A stretch of DNA of 64,000 bases from Candidatus Omnitrophota bacterium (GCA_016214265.1 JACROU010000037.1:3859-67858), one strand, 5' to 3'; shown: positions 9,364 through 18,960, counted from the stretch's first letter. The notes: generated by a model not told the origin, from the letters alone. Numbers and translations are program-made.

Positions 9364-10269
9364 ATGAGATGTATTGCTCCAATATCGGCACGAATTAGCG
9401 TTGTTGCCGCTTTTTTGCTTCTGCTTTTCGTCGGCGTACAAAAATTTGTGTGGGCGGTAGAAGCGCCTAAAAATAATTCGTGCGTCACGTGTCACATGGA
9501 TATTTGGGAAGAAACGAAAGACAGCATTCACTCTAGTGAGGGGATTACCTGCAACAATTGTCACGGCGGTGATCCGGCCAAAAAAGAAAAAGAACTCGCC
9601 AAAGCACCCGCCACGGGTTATATCGGAATTCCTGACAAAAAACAGATCGTGAATATGTGCGGTACCTGTCACGCCAACGTTGAGGTGATGAATTTTTATG
9701 GTATTCGTACCGATCAGCTGGCCCGGTATAAAACCAGTATGCATGGAAAAAAACTATTAATTGACGGTGATACACACGTTGCTGCTTGTGCGGATTGCCA
9801 TGGCTATCACAATATTCTTGGTATTGGCGACCCGCAAAGTTCCGTTTATCCTACAAATGTTCCAAAGACATGCAATAAGTGTCATGGCAATGAGAAATTG
9901 ATGGGGCGTTACCATCTTCCGTCAGACATCTTCAAACAATATGAAAATAGTGCCCACGGCGTTGCTTTACTCGTGAAAAACGATCTTTCTTCGGCAAACT
10001 GTGTTAGCTGTCACGGAAGTCACGGAGCCATGCCTCCTGGAGTGAAAGAAGTCAGTGACACTTGCGGCAAATGTCACATTAACGAAAAAAAATTCTTTTT
10101 GACCAGCGAACACGCCAAGTTGGCTGAAGGCAGCAAGTTTTCAGAATGTATATCCTGCCATGGTTTTCATGGCATTCAACACCCCACAATTCAATTGTTC
10201 AGTACGGCTTGCTCGAAATGTCATAATGTGAAAAGCTTGGCGGCGCAAAGAGCGCTTTCAATGCAATAA
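9364..10269 (+). CDS. Nonaheme c-type cytochrome, N-terminally membrane-anchored
   Basis: Nine CxxCH motifs (CVTCH, CNNCH, CGTCH, CADCH, CNKCH, CVSCH, CGKCH, CISCH, CSKCH). Likely ATG at 9364 (MRCIAPISARISVVAAFLLLLFVG). The 9187 ORF start is an upstream extension overlapping ccsA. Confidence 0.8.
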   Translation: MRCIAPISARISVVAAFLLLLFVGVQKFVWAVEAPKNNSCVTCHMDIWEETKDSIHSSEGITCNNCHGGDPAKKEKELAKAPATGYIGIPDKKQIVNMCGTCHANVEVMNFYGIRTDQLARYKTSMHGKKLLIDGDTHVAACADCHGYHNILGIGDPQSSVYPTNVPKTCNKCHGNEKLMGRYHLPSDIFKQYENSAHGVALLVKNDLSSANCVSCHGSHGAMPPGVKEVSDTCGKCHINEKKFFLTSEHAKLAEGSKFSECISCHGFHGIQHPTIQLFSTACSKCHNVKSLAAQRALSMQ

Positions 10270-10272
10270 CTG

Positions 10273-10638
10273 TTGTTAAAATCCCAAACGGAAGTTAGCG
10301 AGACAAAAGCCGTAGTGAAAGCAGCGGCGAATCAGGGTCTTTTTGTTGATGAAGAAAAAGCCGCTTTTGATGAAGCCAATACCAGTTTGATTGAGATGGG
10401 AATAACTCAGCATTCGCTTTCTGTCGGTGAGTTGTCAAAGCTTTCAAATAAAGTTGAAGCTACAACCGAACAAATCCGAAAAGGTATAAATCATAAGTAT
10501 CAAGGTTTGAAGTGGCGGAAAATTGCGCTTATTATTGTGTGGATTTTTGTCCTATTGATGGTTGTGGCGTTGTGGACTAAATATAAACGTTTAAAGTTTA
10601 TCAGGGATGAGAGAAAGAAAAAACACGACGATGAGTGA
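10273..10638 (+). CDS. Small hypothetical protein with C-terminal TM helix
   Basis: ORF has a non-ATG start, a single hydrophobic C-terminal segment (IALIIVWIFVLLMVVALW), and sits between the cytochrome and Rieske genes. Start uncertain. Confidence 0.3.
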   Translation: MLKSQTEVSETKAVVKAAANQGLFVDEEKAAFDEANTSLIEMGITQHSLSVGELSKLSNKVEATTEQIRKGINHKYQGLKWRKIALIIVWIFVLLMVVALWTKYKRLKFIRDERKKKHDDE

Positions 10639-11101
10639 TTCAGGTAAAGATCAAAATCTGGAGAAGCCTTTGTACGAAAAGTCTTTGTCGAGACGCGATT
10701 TTATCAGCTGGATTATCAAGGGCGGATTATTTATCACGTTTTTGAGCATGCTATTGCCCGCATTGGAATATATTTGGCCGGTGACTCGCCGTGGTCCAGT
10801 GGGCGGGGCTAATGATGTTGGTCGCGCCGATGACATTCCCGTTGGCAGCGCAAAAAAAGTAGATGTGTCCGGGACTCCGCTCATTTTAATTCACACACCG
10901 CAAGGATTTAATGCCTTCTCGGCGATTTGCACTCACCTTGGTTGTCTGGTGGGGTGGGATTCTCAGAAGCAATTAATTGCCTGCCCCTGTCATGCGGGAT
11001 TATTTGATACAACAGGCAGAGTGGTGGCGGGCCCGCCGCCAAGACCTTTGGCTTCTTATCCGGTGAATGTTGTGGATGGAAAAATTTTTATTAAACTCTA
11101 A
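10607..11101 (+). CDS. petA: Rieske [2Fe-2S] iron-sulfur subunit with twin-arginine signal (likely true start at 10631)
   Basis: SRRDFI Tat motif plus TM. Rieske boxes CTHLGC and CPCHAG. Confidence 0.85.
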   Translation: MRERKNTTMSDSGKDQNLEKPLYEKSLSRRDFISWIIKGGLFITFLSMLLPALEYIWPVTRRGPVGGANDVGRADDIPVGSAKKVDVSGTPLILIHTPQGFNAFSAICTHLGCLVGWDSQKQLIACPCHAGLFDTTGRVVAGPPPRPLASYPVNVVDGKIFIKL

Positions 11102-11124
11102 AACTCATTTTCAAAAAAATCCTC

Positions 11125-12294
11125 ATGATCAAACAATTTATTCAAAAGTGGTTTGAAGAGCGGTTTGACGTAGAGCAAATCAAACAGCCGCTAAAAAAGC
11201 AGATTGAGAAACCGCTTCCCCCGAACGTGGGTTGGCTTCACACACTGGGCAGTATGTCGTTGATCCTTTTTGTCAGTCAAGTCCTCACAGGGATTTTGCT
11301 GCTAATTTACTATCGTCCAACGGTCAACGAGGCGTTTGAAAGTGTGAAGTTCATCATGTCCAAAGCCTACATGGGATGGCTGTACCGGCAAATTCATGCC
11401 TGGGGCTCCAATCTCATGATCTTGATCGTATTTCTGCATATGCTGCGGACTTATATCATGGGATCTTTCAAGAAACCACGCGAGTTAACCTGGGTTTTTG
11501 GCGTTCTGCTTTTCTTTATAACACTTACTTTTGGTTTTACCGGATATCTTCTTCCCTGGAATCAGTTGTCATATTGGGCAACAACGGTGGGGACGGAACT
11601 GGCTGGGGGGGTTCCCTGGATTGGCTTGTTTATTAAAACCTTGCTGAGGGGAGGCCAGTCGGTGGGCGGTGAGACGCTTTCCCGTTTCTTTGTTGTGCAT
11701 GTCATCATATTGCCTTGGGCGCTTTTTTTCCTGATCATCATTCACATTTTTCTTGTTCGCTTTCAGGGAATTTCAACCATGGAGCCGGTTGGTGAGGAAA
11801 AGAAAGTTAAGCCCGATGAAGGAATTCCATTCTATCCCCATCATGCATTAAAAGAAGGCGTTGTGTTTTATCTTTTAATGGCCGTCCTGATTACGCTATC
11901 GATTTTAGTTCCTTTTGAGTTGGGAGAAAAAGCTGATCCCCTCCAAACGCCGGCTGGTATCAAACCCGAATGGTATTTTTTGCCCATGTATCAGGTGCTG
12001 AAATATTTCCCCAAAATGATAGGTATCTTTGTCGTTGGTTTGGCGCCGCTATTTTTGCTGTTCTGGGCTTTTTTGGATAACAGTAAACAACGCAATCCTC
12101 TTAAAAGACCCTTTTCGATAACGTTTTGCATTCTTGTCCTTATATCTCTGGTTGTGTTCGGAGTGATGGGGGCGTATTCAGAAACTAAAGTAACTTTATT
12201 TGGCAAAACTTACGATGTGGATGTGTACGGCGTTCCTCATCTGGCCGCCGCAAATATTATCGATCAAATTAATCCCGAGAAATCAACGACATGA
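11125..12294 (+). CDS. petB: Cytochrome b (fused b6/subunit IV-like, 389 aa)
   Basis: Canonical cytochrome b motifs (YMGWLYRQIHAWGSNLMILIVFLHMLRTY; LPWNQLSYWATTV). Multi-TM. Confidence 0.85.
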   Translation: MIKQFIQKWFEERFDVEQIKQPLKKQIEKPLPPNVGWLHTLGSMSLILFVSQVLTGILLLIYYRPTVNEAFESVKFIMSKAYMGWLYRQIHAWGSNLMILIVFLHMLRTYIMGSFKKPRELTWVFGVLLFFITLTFGFTGYLLPWNQLSYWATTVGTELAGGVPWIGLFIKTLLRGGQSVGGETLSRFFVVHVIILPWALFFLIIIHIFLVRFQGISTMEPVGEEKKVKPDEGIPFYPHHALKEGVVFYLLMAVLITLSILVPFELGEKADPLQTPAGIKPEWYFLPMYQVLKYFPKMIGIFVVGLAPLFLLFWAFLDNSKQRNPLKRPFSITFCILVLISLVVFGVMGAYSETKVTLFGKTYDVDVYGVPHLAAANIIDQINPEKSTT

Positions 12295-13790
12295 GTGAAG
12301 AAAAGAAACGAAATATTTATTTTCGAAACTGGATGAGTGTTATCGGCGGAATTCTCTCCGTAATTTTGTTTGCCGTTATTTTATTTCTGTTCGTTTTAGA
12401 CTTCCTTGATAAAGGGTTGAACCCTTATTTGGGAATTTTTACCTACGTTGTTGTGCCGGTTTTTTTGGTGATCAGTCTTTTGATGATTCCCATCGGCGCC
12501 TGGCGCGAGCGTGCACGATTTAAAAAACTTGGCCATGTTCAGCAATTTCCCCAGATTGATTTTAATAATCCCACACACCAGAAGATAGCATTTGCGGCTT
12601 GGGGCGTAGTTACGCTGTTTCTTCTTTTTTCAATGGTGGGTGCGTACCGGGCTTACGAGTTTTCGGAGTCTGTCACTTTTTGCGGGCGCACCTGTCATGG
12701 CGTGATGGGACCGGAATATATTGCGTACAAAAATTCCCCGCACGCGCATGTAGCCTGTGTGGAATGCCACATTGGGCCTGGGATTGACTGGTATATCCGT
12801 TCAAAACCTTCCGGAGCCCGTCAGGCTTATTTAACTCTTACAAACCGTTTTAATCGTCCTATTCCAACACCGATAAAGACGCTTCGCCCTGCTCGCGAAA
12901 CTTGTGAGCATTGCCATTGGCCCGAGCAGTTTTACGGGGATAAAGAAGTAAATCATAAATACTTTCTGCCTGATGAAACGAACACAGAATGGAAGGCTCG
13001 ATTACTTGTCCATGTGGGCGGTGCCAAGCCTCGTTATGGGCAGGGTGAAGGCATTCACTGGCATATGAAAGTTAATAATCAGGTTTATTACATCGCCACG
13101 GATGAGAAGAAAGAAAACATTCCATGGGTGCGGCAGATCAATCCTGATGGTAAAGAAGAGATATTTGTTGAAGAAAAATCCGGATACAGCGCTTCGAATC
13201 CGCCAAAAGGTGAAATCAAATTAATGGATTGTATGGATTGTCACAATCGCCCAAGCCATCACTTCAAAGCGCCATCGGAGTCCGTAAATGAAGCGATGGG
13301 CTTTGGACAGATTGACAGTTCACTGCCTTATATAAAACGTGAGGCGGTGAAAGCCTTGGTGGGGAATTACAAATCGAACTCAGAAGCAAAAGCCGAAATT
13401 CGCAAACGTCTCGAGACTTTTTACCGGGAAAAATACCCCGCAATTTGGGAGTCGAAAGGTAAAGAATTGCAGAGCAGTATTGACCGGGTGATTAATATTT
13501 ATAATGTCAACTTTTTCCCAGAAATGAAAACGTCATGGAAGGTGCATCCCAACAATATTGGGCATTTCATCTCTACGGGATGTTTTCGCTGCCACGATGA
13601 CAAACACAAAACTGCGGAAGGTAAAGTGATCCGGAAAGATTGTGCTATGTGTCATGCGATTATTGAGCAGGGCAAACCGGAGTTACTGGAAACTGCTGTG
13701 GCCGGGGTTGAATTCAAGCATCCCGAGGATATTGGCGAGGAATGGAAAGAGACGAAATGTTCTGATTGCCATACTGGCGAACTGGCTTAG
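12291..13790 (+). CDS. Membrane-anchored multiheme c-type cytochrome (about 7 hemes), c-type subunit of the Rieske/cyt b complex
   Basis: Two N-terminal TM helices. CxxCH x6 (CVECH, CEHCH, CMDCH, CFRCH, CAMCH, CSDCH) plus CGRTCH. Start overlaps the cyt b stop. Confidence 0.8.
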   Translation: MSEEKKRNIYFRNWMSVIGGILSVILFAVILFLFVLDFLDKGLNPYLGIFTYVVVPVFLVISLLMIPIGAWRERARFKKLGHVQQFPQIDFNNPTHQKIAFAAWGVVTLFLLFSMVGAYRAYEFSESVTFCGRTCHGVMGPEYIAYKNSPHAHVACVECHIGPGIDWYIRSKPSGARQAYLTLTNRFNRPIPTPIKTLRPARETCEHCHWPEQFYGDKEVNHKYFLPDETNTEWKARLLVHVGGAKPRYGQGEGIHWHMKVNNQVYYIATDEKKENIPWVRQINPDGKEEIFVEEKSGYSASNPPKGEIKLMDCMDCHNRPSHHFKAPSESVNEAMGFGQIDSSLPYIKREAVKALVGNYKSNSEAKAEIRKRLETFYREKYPAIWESKGKELQSSIDRVINIYNVNFFPEMKTSWKVHPNNIGHFISTGCFRCHDDKHKTAEGKVIRKDCAMCHAIIEQGKPELLETAVAGVEFKHPEDIGEEWKETKCSDCHTGELA

Positions 13791-13798
13791 CGCAGTTA

Positions 13799-13814
13799 TG
13801 TGACCTTCGTCACA
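13799..13814. promoter_or_regulatory. CRP-family-like binding site TGTGACCTTCGTCACA (TGTGA-N6-TCACA)
   Basis: Perfect CRP consensus half-sites. Extended 24-mer matches the site at 53012 at 21/24 positions, differing only within the spacer (shared ATGTGA plus CGTCACAGTTTT). About 150 bp upstream of the tetraheme cytochrome gene. Confidence 0.4.
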
Positions 13815-13967
13815 GTTTTAAACCGGGTTCTCTCGCTATAATTCGCTCTTGTCTTTGGAATTAGAGAACATTCCCATCGAATAGATTATTCGGTCGCACG
13901 TCTTATTAATTACAAAAGTTTTCGTTTTTCTATCAAAGTAGGCGAAGCGCAAACAAGGAGGATAGCG

Positions 13968-14522
13968 ATGAAGTCAGGTTATTTGTTGCCACAATTATTA
14001 AGGAGCTTTCTGGTTTTAACTGTTTTTGCTTTTTTGGCCACCCCCGTAGCTTTTGCCGCTGATCATGAATATGTCGGGGCGGCAAAATGCGGAATTTGCC
14101 ATAAGAAACCAGAGCAGGGCGAACAATATCGTATTTGGCAGGAATCAAAACATGCCAAGGCTTTTGAAGCACTGGGAACTCCCGAGGCAAAAGAAGTCGG
14201 CGCTAAACTGGGAATTGATGATCCTCAAAAGAGCGGAAAATGTTTGAAATGTCATTCCACGGCTTATGGACATACAGAACAAGTTGTTACGGATGCGATC
14301 CCGGTTGAAGAAGGCGTTTCTTGCGAAACATGCCATGGTGCCGGAAAAGATTATATGAAAAAGAGCGTCATGGAAGATGTTAACGCCGCGAAAGAAGCGG
14401 GATTAATTATTCCGGATGAGGCGACTTGCACAAAATGCCACAATTCGGAGAGCCCGACGTTCAAGCCGTTTGATTACAAAGAACGTTATGAGAAAATTAA
14501 ACATCCTAAACCCAATAAATAA
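13968..14522 (+). CDS. Periplasmic tetraheme c-type cytochrome
   Basis: Signal peptide. Four CxxCH (CGICH, CLKCH, CETCH, CTKCH). Strong RBS AAGGAGG upstream. Confidence 0.8.
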   Translation: MKSGYLLPQLLRSFLVLTVFAFLATPVAFAADHEYVGAAKCGICHKKPEQGEQYRIWQESKHAKAFEALGTPEAKEVGAKLGIDDPQKSGKCLKCHSTAYGHTEQVVTDAIPVEEGVSCETCHGAGKDYMKKSVMEDVNAAKEAGLIIPDEATCTKCHNSESPTFKPFDYKERYEKIKHPKPNK

Positions 14523-14704
14523 AATTTAACTAACGATACGTTTTCCTCCGTAAACGCCTCCTGGCGAAGAGTACAGAAATGAAAAGACTTCGTTTCTGCA
14601 AACTTCGTTCAGGGGGCGTTTTTATTTGTGATTGTGTAACCCGTGTCATTGGCACAAGTTGTAATCCTGGGGTACTATTTAGGTGGATTGAGTGGGAGGA
14701 TGGC

Positions 14705-15628
14705 ATGACAGAAGAAATGGAGTATTTTCAAAAATACCGTTCGCTCTATGAAGAGGCGGTGTTGCGGTATGTTTGTACCCGCTGCATTGACTTTGGAAAT
14801 GATGGCGTTTGTCATTCTGAAGATCCAAAAGGGTGTGCGGTATTCCGCTATTTGCCCGAATTGATAGCAATTGCAAGACGTATTCACGAACCCAGTATTG
14901 TCCCTTACGTTGATGCCGTGCGTCAAACTGTGTGTGTGCATTGCCGGGCCTTAACCCCTGAGGGGATGTGCCCATTGCGTGCCAAATTAGATTGCGGATT
15001 GGACCGCTACTTAATTCTTGTTATCGAAGCAATGGGGAAAGTGGATGCAATTTTGAAGAATGAGGAAAAAGACAGAGATAGATTGAGTAATGAATCGAAA
15101 AACATCACGTCACTTTTGATCCAACGTTGCCGGAGGGTGTTGGATAGAATTTTTTCATTGGATGAAATGCTGAGAGGATTTTGTTATTCAGGAGAGACGG
15201 CTTATCAGGAAAATTTAATACAAATGAATGAAGTTTCAAAATTTTTCTCAAGATTTTTCTCAAGAGAATGGAACAAGCATATGACGATTGAAAAGGAAAT
15301 ATTGTTTCCGTTTGCGATTGCACATTTGCCGCAAATAAGGCCGGCTATAGATTTTCTGGAATCAAAACACGCTGAATACAGAAAAAAACTTCAAGAATTA
15401 AGAACGCGATATGATGATTTTAAATGGGCAGTAGGTGATGAAGGGAGGAAAAAAGCGGTAGAAAAATTTCAAAATCTCGGAATTTCTTTGGCCAAGCTAT
15501 TCAATGAGTACATTGAGATTGAAGCAAAGAATGTGTATAAAGTGTTGGATCGCGAGCTTTCAGAAGATGACAAATTGGAGCTTATGAGAAAAATTTATCT
15601 CCGCAATGTCAGTCGTAGAGCGGCATAA
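14705..15628 (+). CDS. Cys-rich N-terminal domain / hemerythrin-like C-terminal domain protein
   Basis: GGAGG RBS before the ATG at 14705. N-terminus has CTRC...C...CVHC...C. C-terminus resembles a hemerythrin HHE cation-binding domain and is paralogous to 52196..52720 (shared EILFP[FY] and YKV[LI]DREL). Confidence 0.4.
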   Translation: MTEEMEYFQKYRSLYEEAVLRYVCTRCIDFGNDGVCHSEDPKGCAVFRYLPELIAIARRIHEPSIVPYVDAVRQTVCVHCRALTPEGMCPLRAKLDCGLDRYLILVIEAMGKVDAILKNEEKDRDRLSNESKNITSLLIQRCRRVLDRIFSLDEMLRGFCYSGETAYQENLIQMNEVSKFFSRFFSREWNKHMTIEKEILFPFAIAHLPQIRPAIDFLESKHAEYRKKLQELRTRYDDFKWAVGDEGRKKAVEKFQNLGISLAKLFNEYIEIEAKNVYKVLDRELSEDDKLELMRKIYLRNVSRRAA

Positions 15629-15631
15629 TCC

Positions 15632-16390
15632 ATGTCCGCATTTTTTTCTTCCAGACGACAAGAACAAGATCTTTACGTTGACACTAATTACAAAATCATT
15701 TTCGACGATGACTGTTTAATGGTAGTTGAAAAGCCCGCACCGCTTCCGGTCCACCGTGTCGGTCGTTTCCTCGAAAAAAATTTACTCTCGCTTCTCGAAA
15801 AAAATTTATCTCGCGAGACGGGTTCTTTGCATATCGTGAACCGCCTTGATTCAGAAACCAGCGGATTGGTGCTTGTTGCAAAGACACGTCAATCAGCGGC
15901 TCATTTGAAATCGCAGTTTCAAAATCGAAACGTGAAGAAAGAATATGCGGCTATCGTTTTCGGAATTCCAAAAAGTAAACGAGGGCGGATTGCCTTGCCG
16001 CTTGGAGCCGATATCCAGAATACGTTTCATCTGACGGTGCCTGATCCTGCCGGTCAAAGCGCAGAGACGTGTTATGAGATGATCGAAGAAAGGGAAGGAT
16101 ATGCCTTGCTGCGAGTCGAGCCGCTTACTGGGCGAACGCATCAAATTCGCGCGCATTTGGCTTCGATCGGACATCCGATTGTGGGCGATAAAATTTATAT
16201 CGACCTGTCAATTTATGAGCGGTATGTTCAGGAAGGGTGGCGGGAGGAAATGCTTGAGAAAATGAAATTACCGCGCCTGGCTTTGCATGCGACGGGTCTT
16301 GAATTTCGACATCCGTTGAGTGAGATAAAAATGATGTTTCAGAGCGAACTGCCGCCGATTCTCAAAAAATTCCCCTGTTTTTTGCCGTGA
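15632..16390 (+). CDS. RluA-family pseudouridine synthase
   Basis: Catalytic motif HRLDSETSGLVLVAKT. RluA-family length and layout. Confidence 0.8.
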   Translation: MSAFFSSRRQEQDLYVDTNYKIIFDDDCLMVVEKPAPLPVHRVGRFLEKNLLSLLEKNLSRETGSLHIVNRLDSETSGLVLVAKTRQSAAHLKSQFQNRNVKKEYAAIVFGIPKSKRGRIALPLGADIQNTFHLTVPDPAGQSAETCYEMIEEREGYALLRVEPLTGRTHQIRAHLASIGHPIVGDKIYIDLSIYERYVQEGWREEMLEKMKLPRLALHATGLEFRHPLSEIKMMFQSELPPILKKFPCFLP

Positions 16391-16424
16391 CTTTCATGTC
16401 CCTGGTAGATAAAATTTCCTCACT

Positions 16425-16994
16425 ATGGCAAATTTTTGGCATTGGCTGATTATTCAAGACCAAAGTTTCTTTCTTGCCGCGAATCATTTTCTGAATCAAA
16501 TTCCAGGATCCGAATACATTCTTGGATGGCCGACAATTTTGGGTCAGCCTCGATTTGCTCTTCCGCTCGCGGCCATATTTTTGTTTTTCGGGGATCGACC
16601 GAGATGGTGGCGAGTTTTCCTGATTGTATCAGCAGCCTACGTAATTTCAGGGGGCGCTTCGGAACTTCTTAAAGACCTTATACAGCGCGATCGTCCTTTC
16701 GAAACTTTTTCATCTGTTTGTACCCATTTCAAGTTGCCGACTACGAAGGCGTTTCCTTCCGGACATGTCGTCGTGGTGACCTGTGTGATTTTCGTGCTGA
16801 ATCAAATTTATAGCAATAAGCTGGTATGGTGTTATTTGTTAGTTTTTTGGATGGCGATAACCCGGATTTATGTTGGCGTGCATTATCCGTTGGATGTGAT
16901 CGCGGGTTTTTTTGTGGGGTTGACCGGAAGTTGGATCAGCTTGCGGCTTTTTCGAAGATCGGTGATCGGGGCAGAGCATGACAAAAGAAAATAA
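16425..16994 (+). CDS. PAP2-family phosphatase (membrane)
   Basis: KDLIQRDRP ... PSGH ... VGVHYPLDV acid-phosphatase motifs. Multi-TM. Confidence 0.7.
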   Translation: MANFWHWLIIQDQSFFLAANHFLNQIPGSEYILGWPTILGQPRFALPLAAIFLFFGDRPRWWRVFLIVSAAYVISGGASELLKDLIQRDRPFETFSSVCTHFKLPTTKAFPSGHVVVVTCVIFVLNQIYSNKLVWCYLLVFWMAITRIYVGVHYPLDVIAGFFVGLTGSWISLRLFRRSVIGAEHDKRK

Positions 16995-17046
16995 CGGAAG
17001 CGTCGATAATTAGACAGATGTTTATCCAAGTAACAAAGGAGGCGCA

Positions 17047-17463
17047 ATGTCGAATCCGTTTGAAGATATAAATTTTGCGGCTATTTTTTTTGCAGCTCTG
17101 GTTGGATTTGCTTTGGGATGGCTCTGGTATTCCCCATTTCTATTTGGAAAAATTTGGTGTGAAGAAGCCAAAGTAAAAGAAGAAGATATGAAGAAGAAAA
17201 ATAAGACTATTCTTCTTGCCAGCACATTCGGATTAACGCTTATTGCCGCCTTTATTCTTTCATCTTTCGTTGAAATTGCAGGTGCCAGCGGCGCTCTTTC
17301 GGGAGGAATTATTGGTCTTCTGGCGGGCGGGGGTTTTGTTGCGACAGCGGTTGCTACGAATTATCTTTTCGATGTCAAATCGATGAAAATGTTTTTTATT
17401 AATGCCGGACATCATGTGGCCTGTTATGTGGCGATGGGCACTGTTCTTGGAATGATGAGCTAA
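17047..17463 (+). CDS. DUF1761-like small membrane protein
   Basis: AGGAGG RBS. FAAIFFAALVGFALGWLWYSPFLFGKIW N-terminal helix typical of DUF1761. Confidence 0.5.
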   Translation: MSNPFEDINFAAIFFAALVGFALGWLWYSPFLFGKIWCEEAKVKEEDMKKKNKTILLASTFGLTLIAAFILSSFVEIAGASGALSGGIIGLLAGGGFVATAVATNYLFDVKSMKMFFINAGHHVACYVAMGTVLGMMS

Positions 17464-17595
17464 CCAACAAGAGAAGATAGTTGCTTTCCTGCCTATTTGG
17501 GGAAGGTAGAATTGTAGTAGAGGATTGATTAGGGATGTTAGCCCGGCTGATGAGAATGCTTTTTGGTGGAAACGAGAGTCCTGGGAGGGACGCGT

Positions 17596-18897
17596 TTAGC
17601 GCTCGAGGGTGTTCAAGCCGGGCTTTATTTTTAGCCCAACCAGAACCATCAGAAAAAGAATCGCGCCTGTAGCTGCAAACGGAAGACGATGCGCAACAGC
17701 GTAAAGAAAACCTCCCCAAGTCGGTCCAATCACGCGTCCAAGTGATGCCATTCCTTGCGAAATTCCCATCGTAGCGCCTACCTGAGAAGGATCCGCCTCT
17801 TTCGAAATCAGGCTCGACAACGTCGGAATGACCAAACTCCAGCCGATGGCCATTATTGCCAGAAAAAGAATCAGAATATTTTTTGAATGTGCTACAGAAA
17901 CAAGTGAAAATCCGGCGCTCATAAAAACGGCTCCGGAAAGAAATAAAACTTCCTCACTAAATCGTTTCAAAAGCATCCGGATCAACCCGCCTTGAACCAC
18001 GACATTAATCAATCCCATGAAGGCAAACATAAATCCGACATTTTCTGCCGAGACCTTAAATGACGATTCGCAGAAAAGCGGGAATGAGCTGTAAAGACTG
18101 GATTGTCCGAAACTCGACAGCAGCATGCAGCCGATCAGCATGGGGAAGAGAAATGGCACGCGGGATTTTTTGTCATGAAAAATCATATTCCAGAATTGAG
18201 GAGTGAAAATACTTATTTTCACCAGTTTGCCGTTGTCCGCAGGAGTTTTGCCGACTGTTTCGGGAAGTTTAAACATAACCAACAGGAAACTTACCGTTGA
18301 CATCAAGGCTGCAAAAAATCCGGGAATCGCAAAACGGTTATGCTCCGAGATGTGAAACAGTTTCATAAAAGCCGGATGAATCAAAACCGAAGCAATGGCA
18401 GGCCCAAGTAAAAATCCGATGCCAAACGCGGCGCCGATCAATCCCATGCCTTTGGCGCGGTCTTCTGGAGTGGTGACGTCTGCGACGTAAGCCTGAGCGG
18501 TAGAAATATTCCCCCCCATGATGCCGGCAATTAGACGTGATAAGAAAAGGATAAACAATGAATGGGCGAGGCCGAATAACACATAGGCGATGGCGGCTCC
18601 GAACGTACTGATTAGCATAATCGGCCGCCGGCCAATGCGGTCCGAAAGCCCACCCCAAATTGGCGCAAACACAAGTTGGGCAAACGAGTAGATGCTGTAG
18701 AGCAGTCCAATAGTGACCGGTGAAGCGTTAAAGGCTGAGGCGTAAAAGGGAAGCAGGGGAAGTACAATACCGAATCCCATCAAATCAATAAGGACGGCGA
18801 GGAAAACGGTTATAAGTGCTCCTGAATTTTTTTTCATCGGCATCTGTGATTCCTGATTCATGGCCGCGCATGATATCAAAGAAATCATGCAAATCAA
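17596..18897 (-). CDS. MFS transporter (drug/H+ antiporter-like)
   Basis: 12-TM. MFS signature GGLSDRIGRRPIMLIS. Confidence 0.8.
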   Translation of the reverse strand: MICMISLISCAAMNQESQMPMKKNSGALITVFLAVLIDLMGFGIVLPLLPFYASAFNASPVTIGLLYSIYSFAQLVFAPIWGGLSDRIGRRPIMLISTFGAAIAYVLFGLAHSLFILFLSRLIAGIMGGNISTAQAYVADVTTPEDRAKGMGLIGAAFGIGFLLGPAIASVLIHPAFMKLFHISEHNRFAIPGFFAALMSTVSFLLVMFKLPETVGKTPADNGKLVKISIFTPQFWNMIFHDKKSRVPFLFPMLIGCMLLSSFGQSSLYSSFPLFCESSFKVSAENVGFMFAFMGLINVVVQGGLIRMLLKRFSEEVLFLSGAVFMSAGFSLVSVAHSKNILILFLAIMAIGWSLVIPTLSSLISKEADPSQVGATMGISQGMASLGRVIGPTWGGFLYAVAHRLPFAATGAILFLMVLVGLKIKPGLNTLER

Positions 18898-18960
18898 ATA
18901 TGGACTTTAATTTTTTGGAATTCGTTATTATGATAACCGTCCATAAATAAGGAGAAGCGA

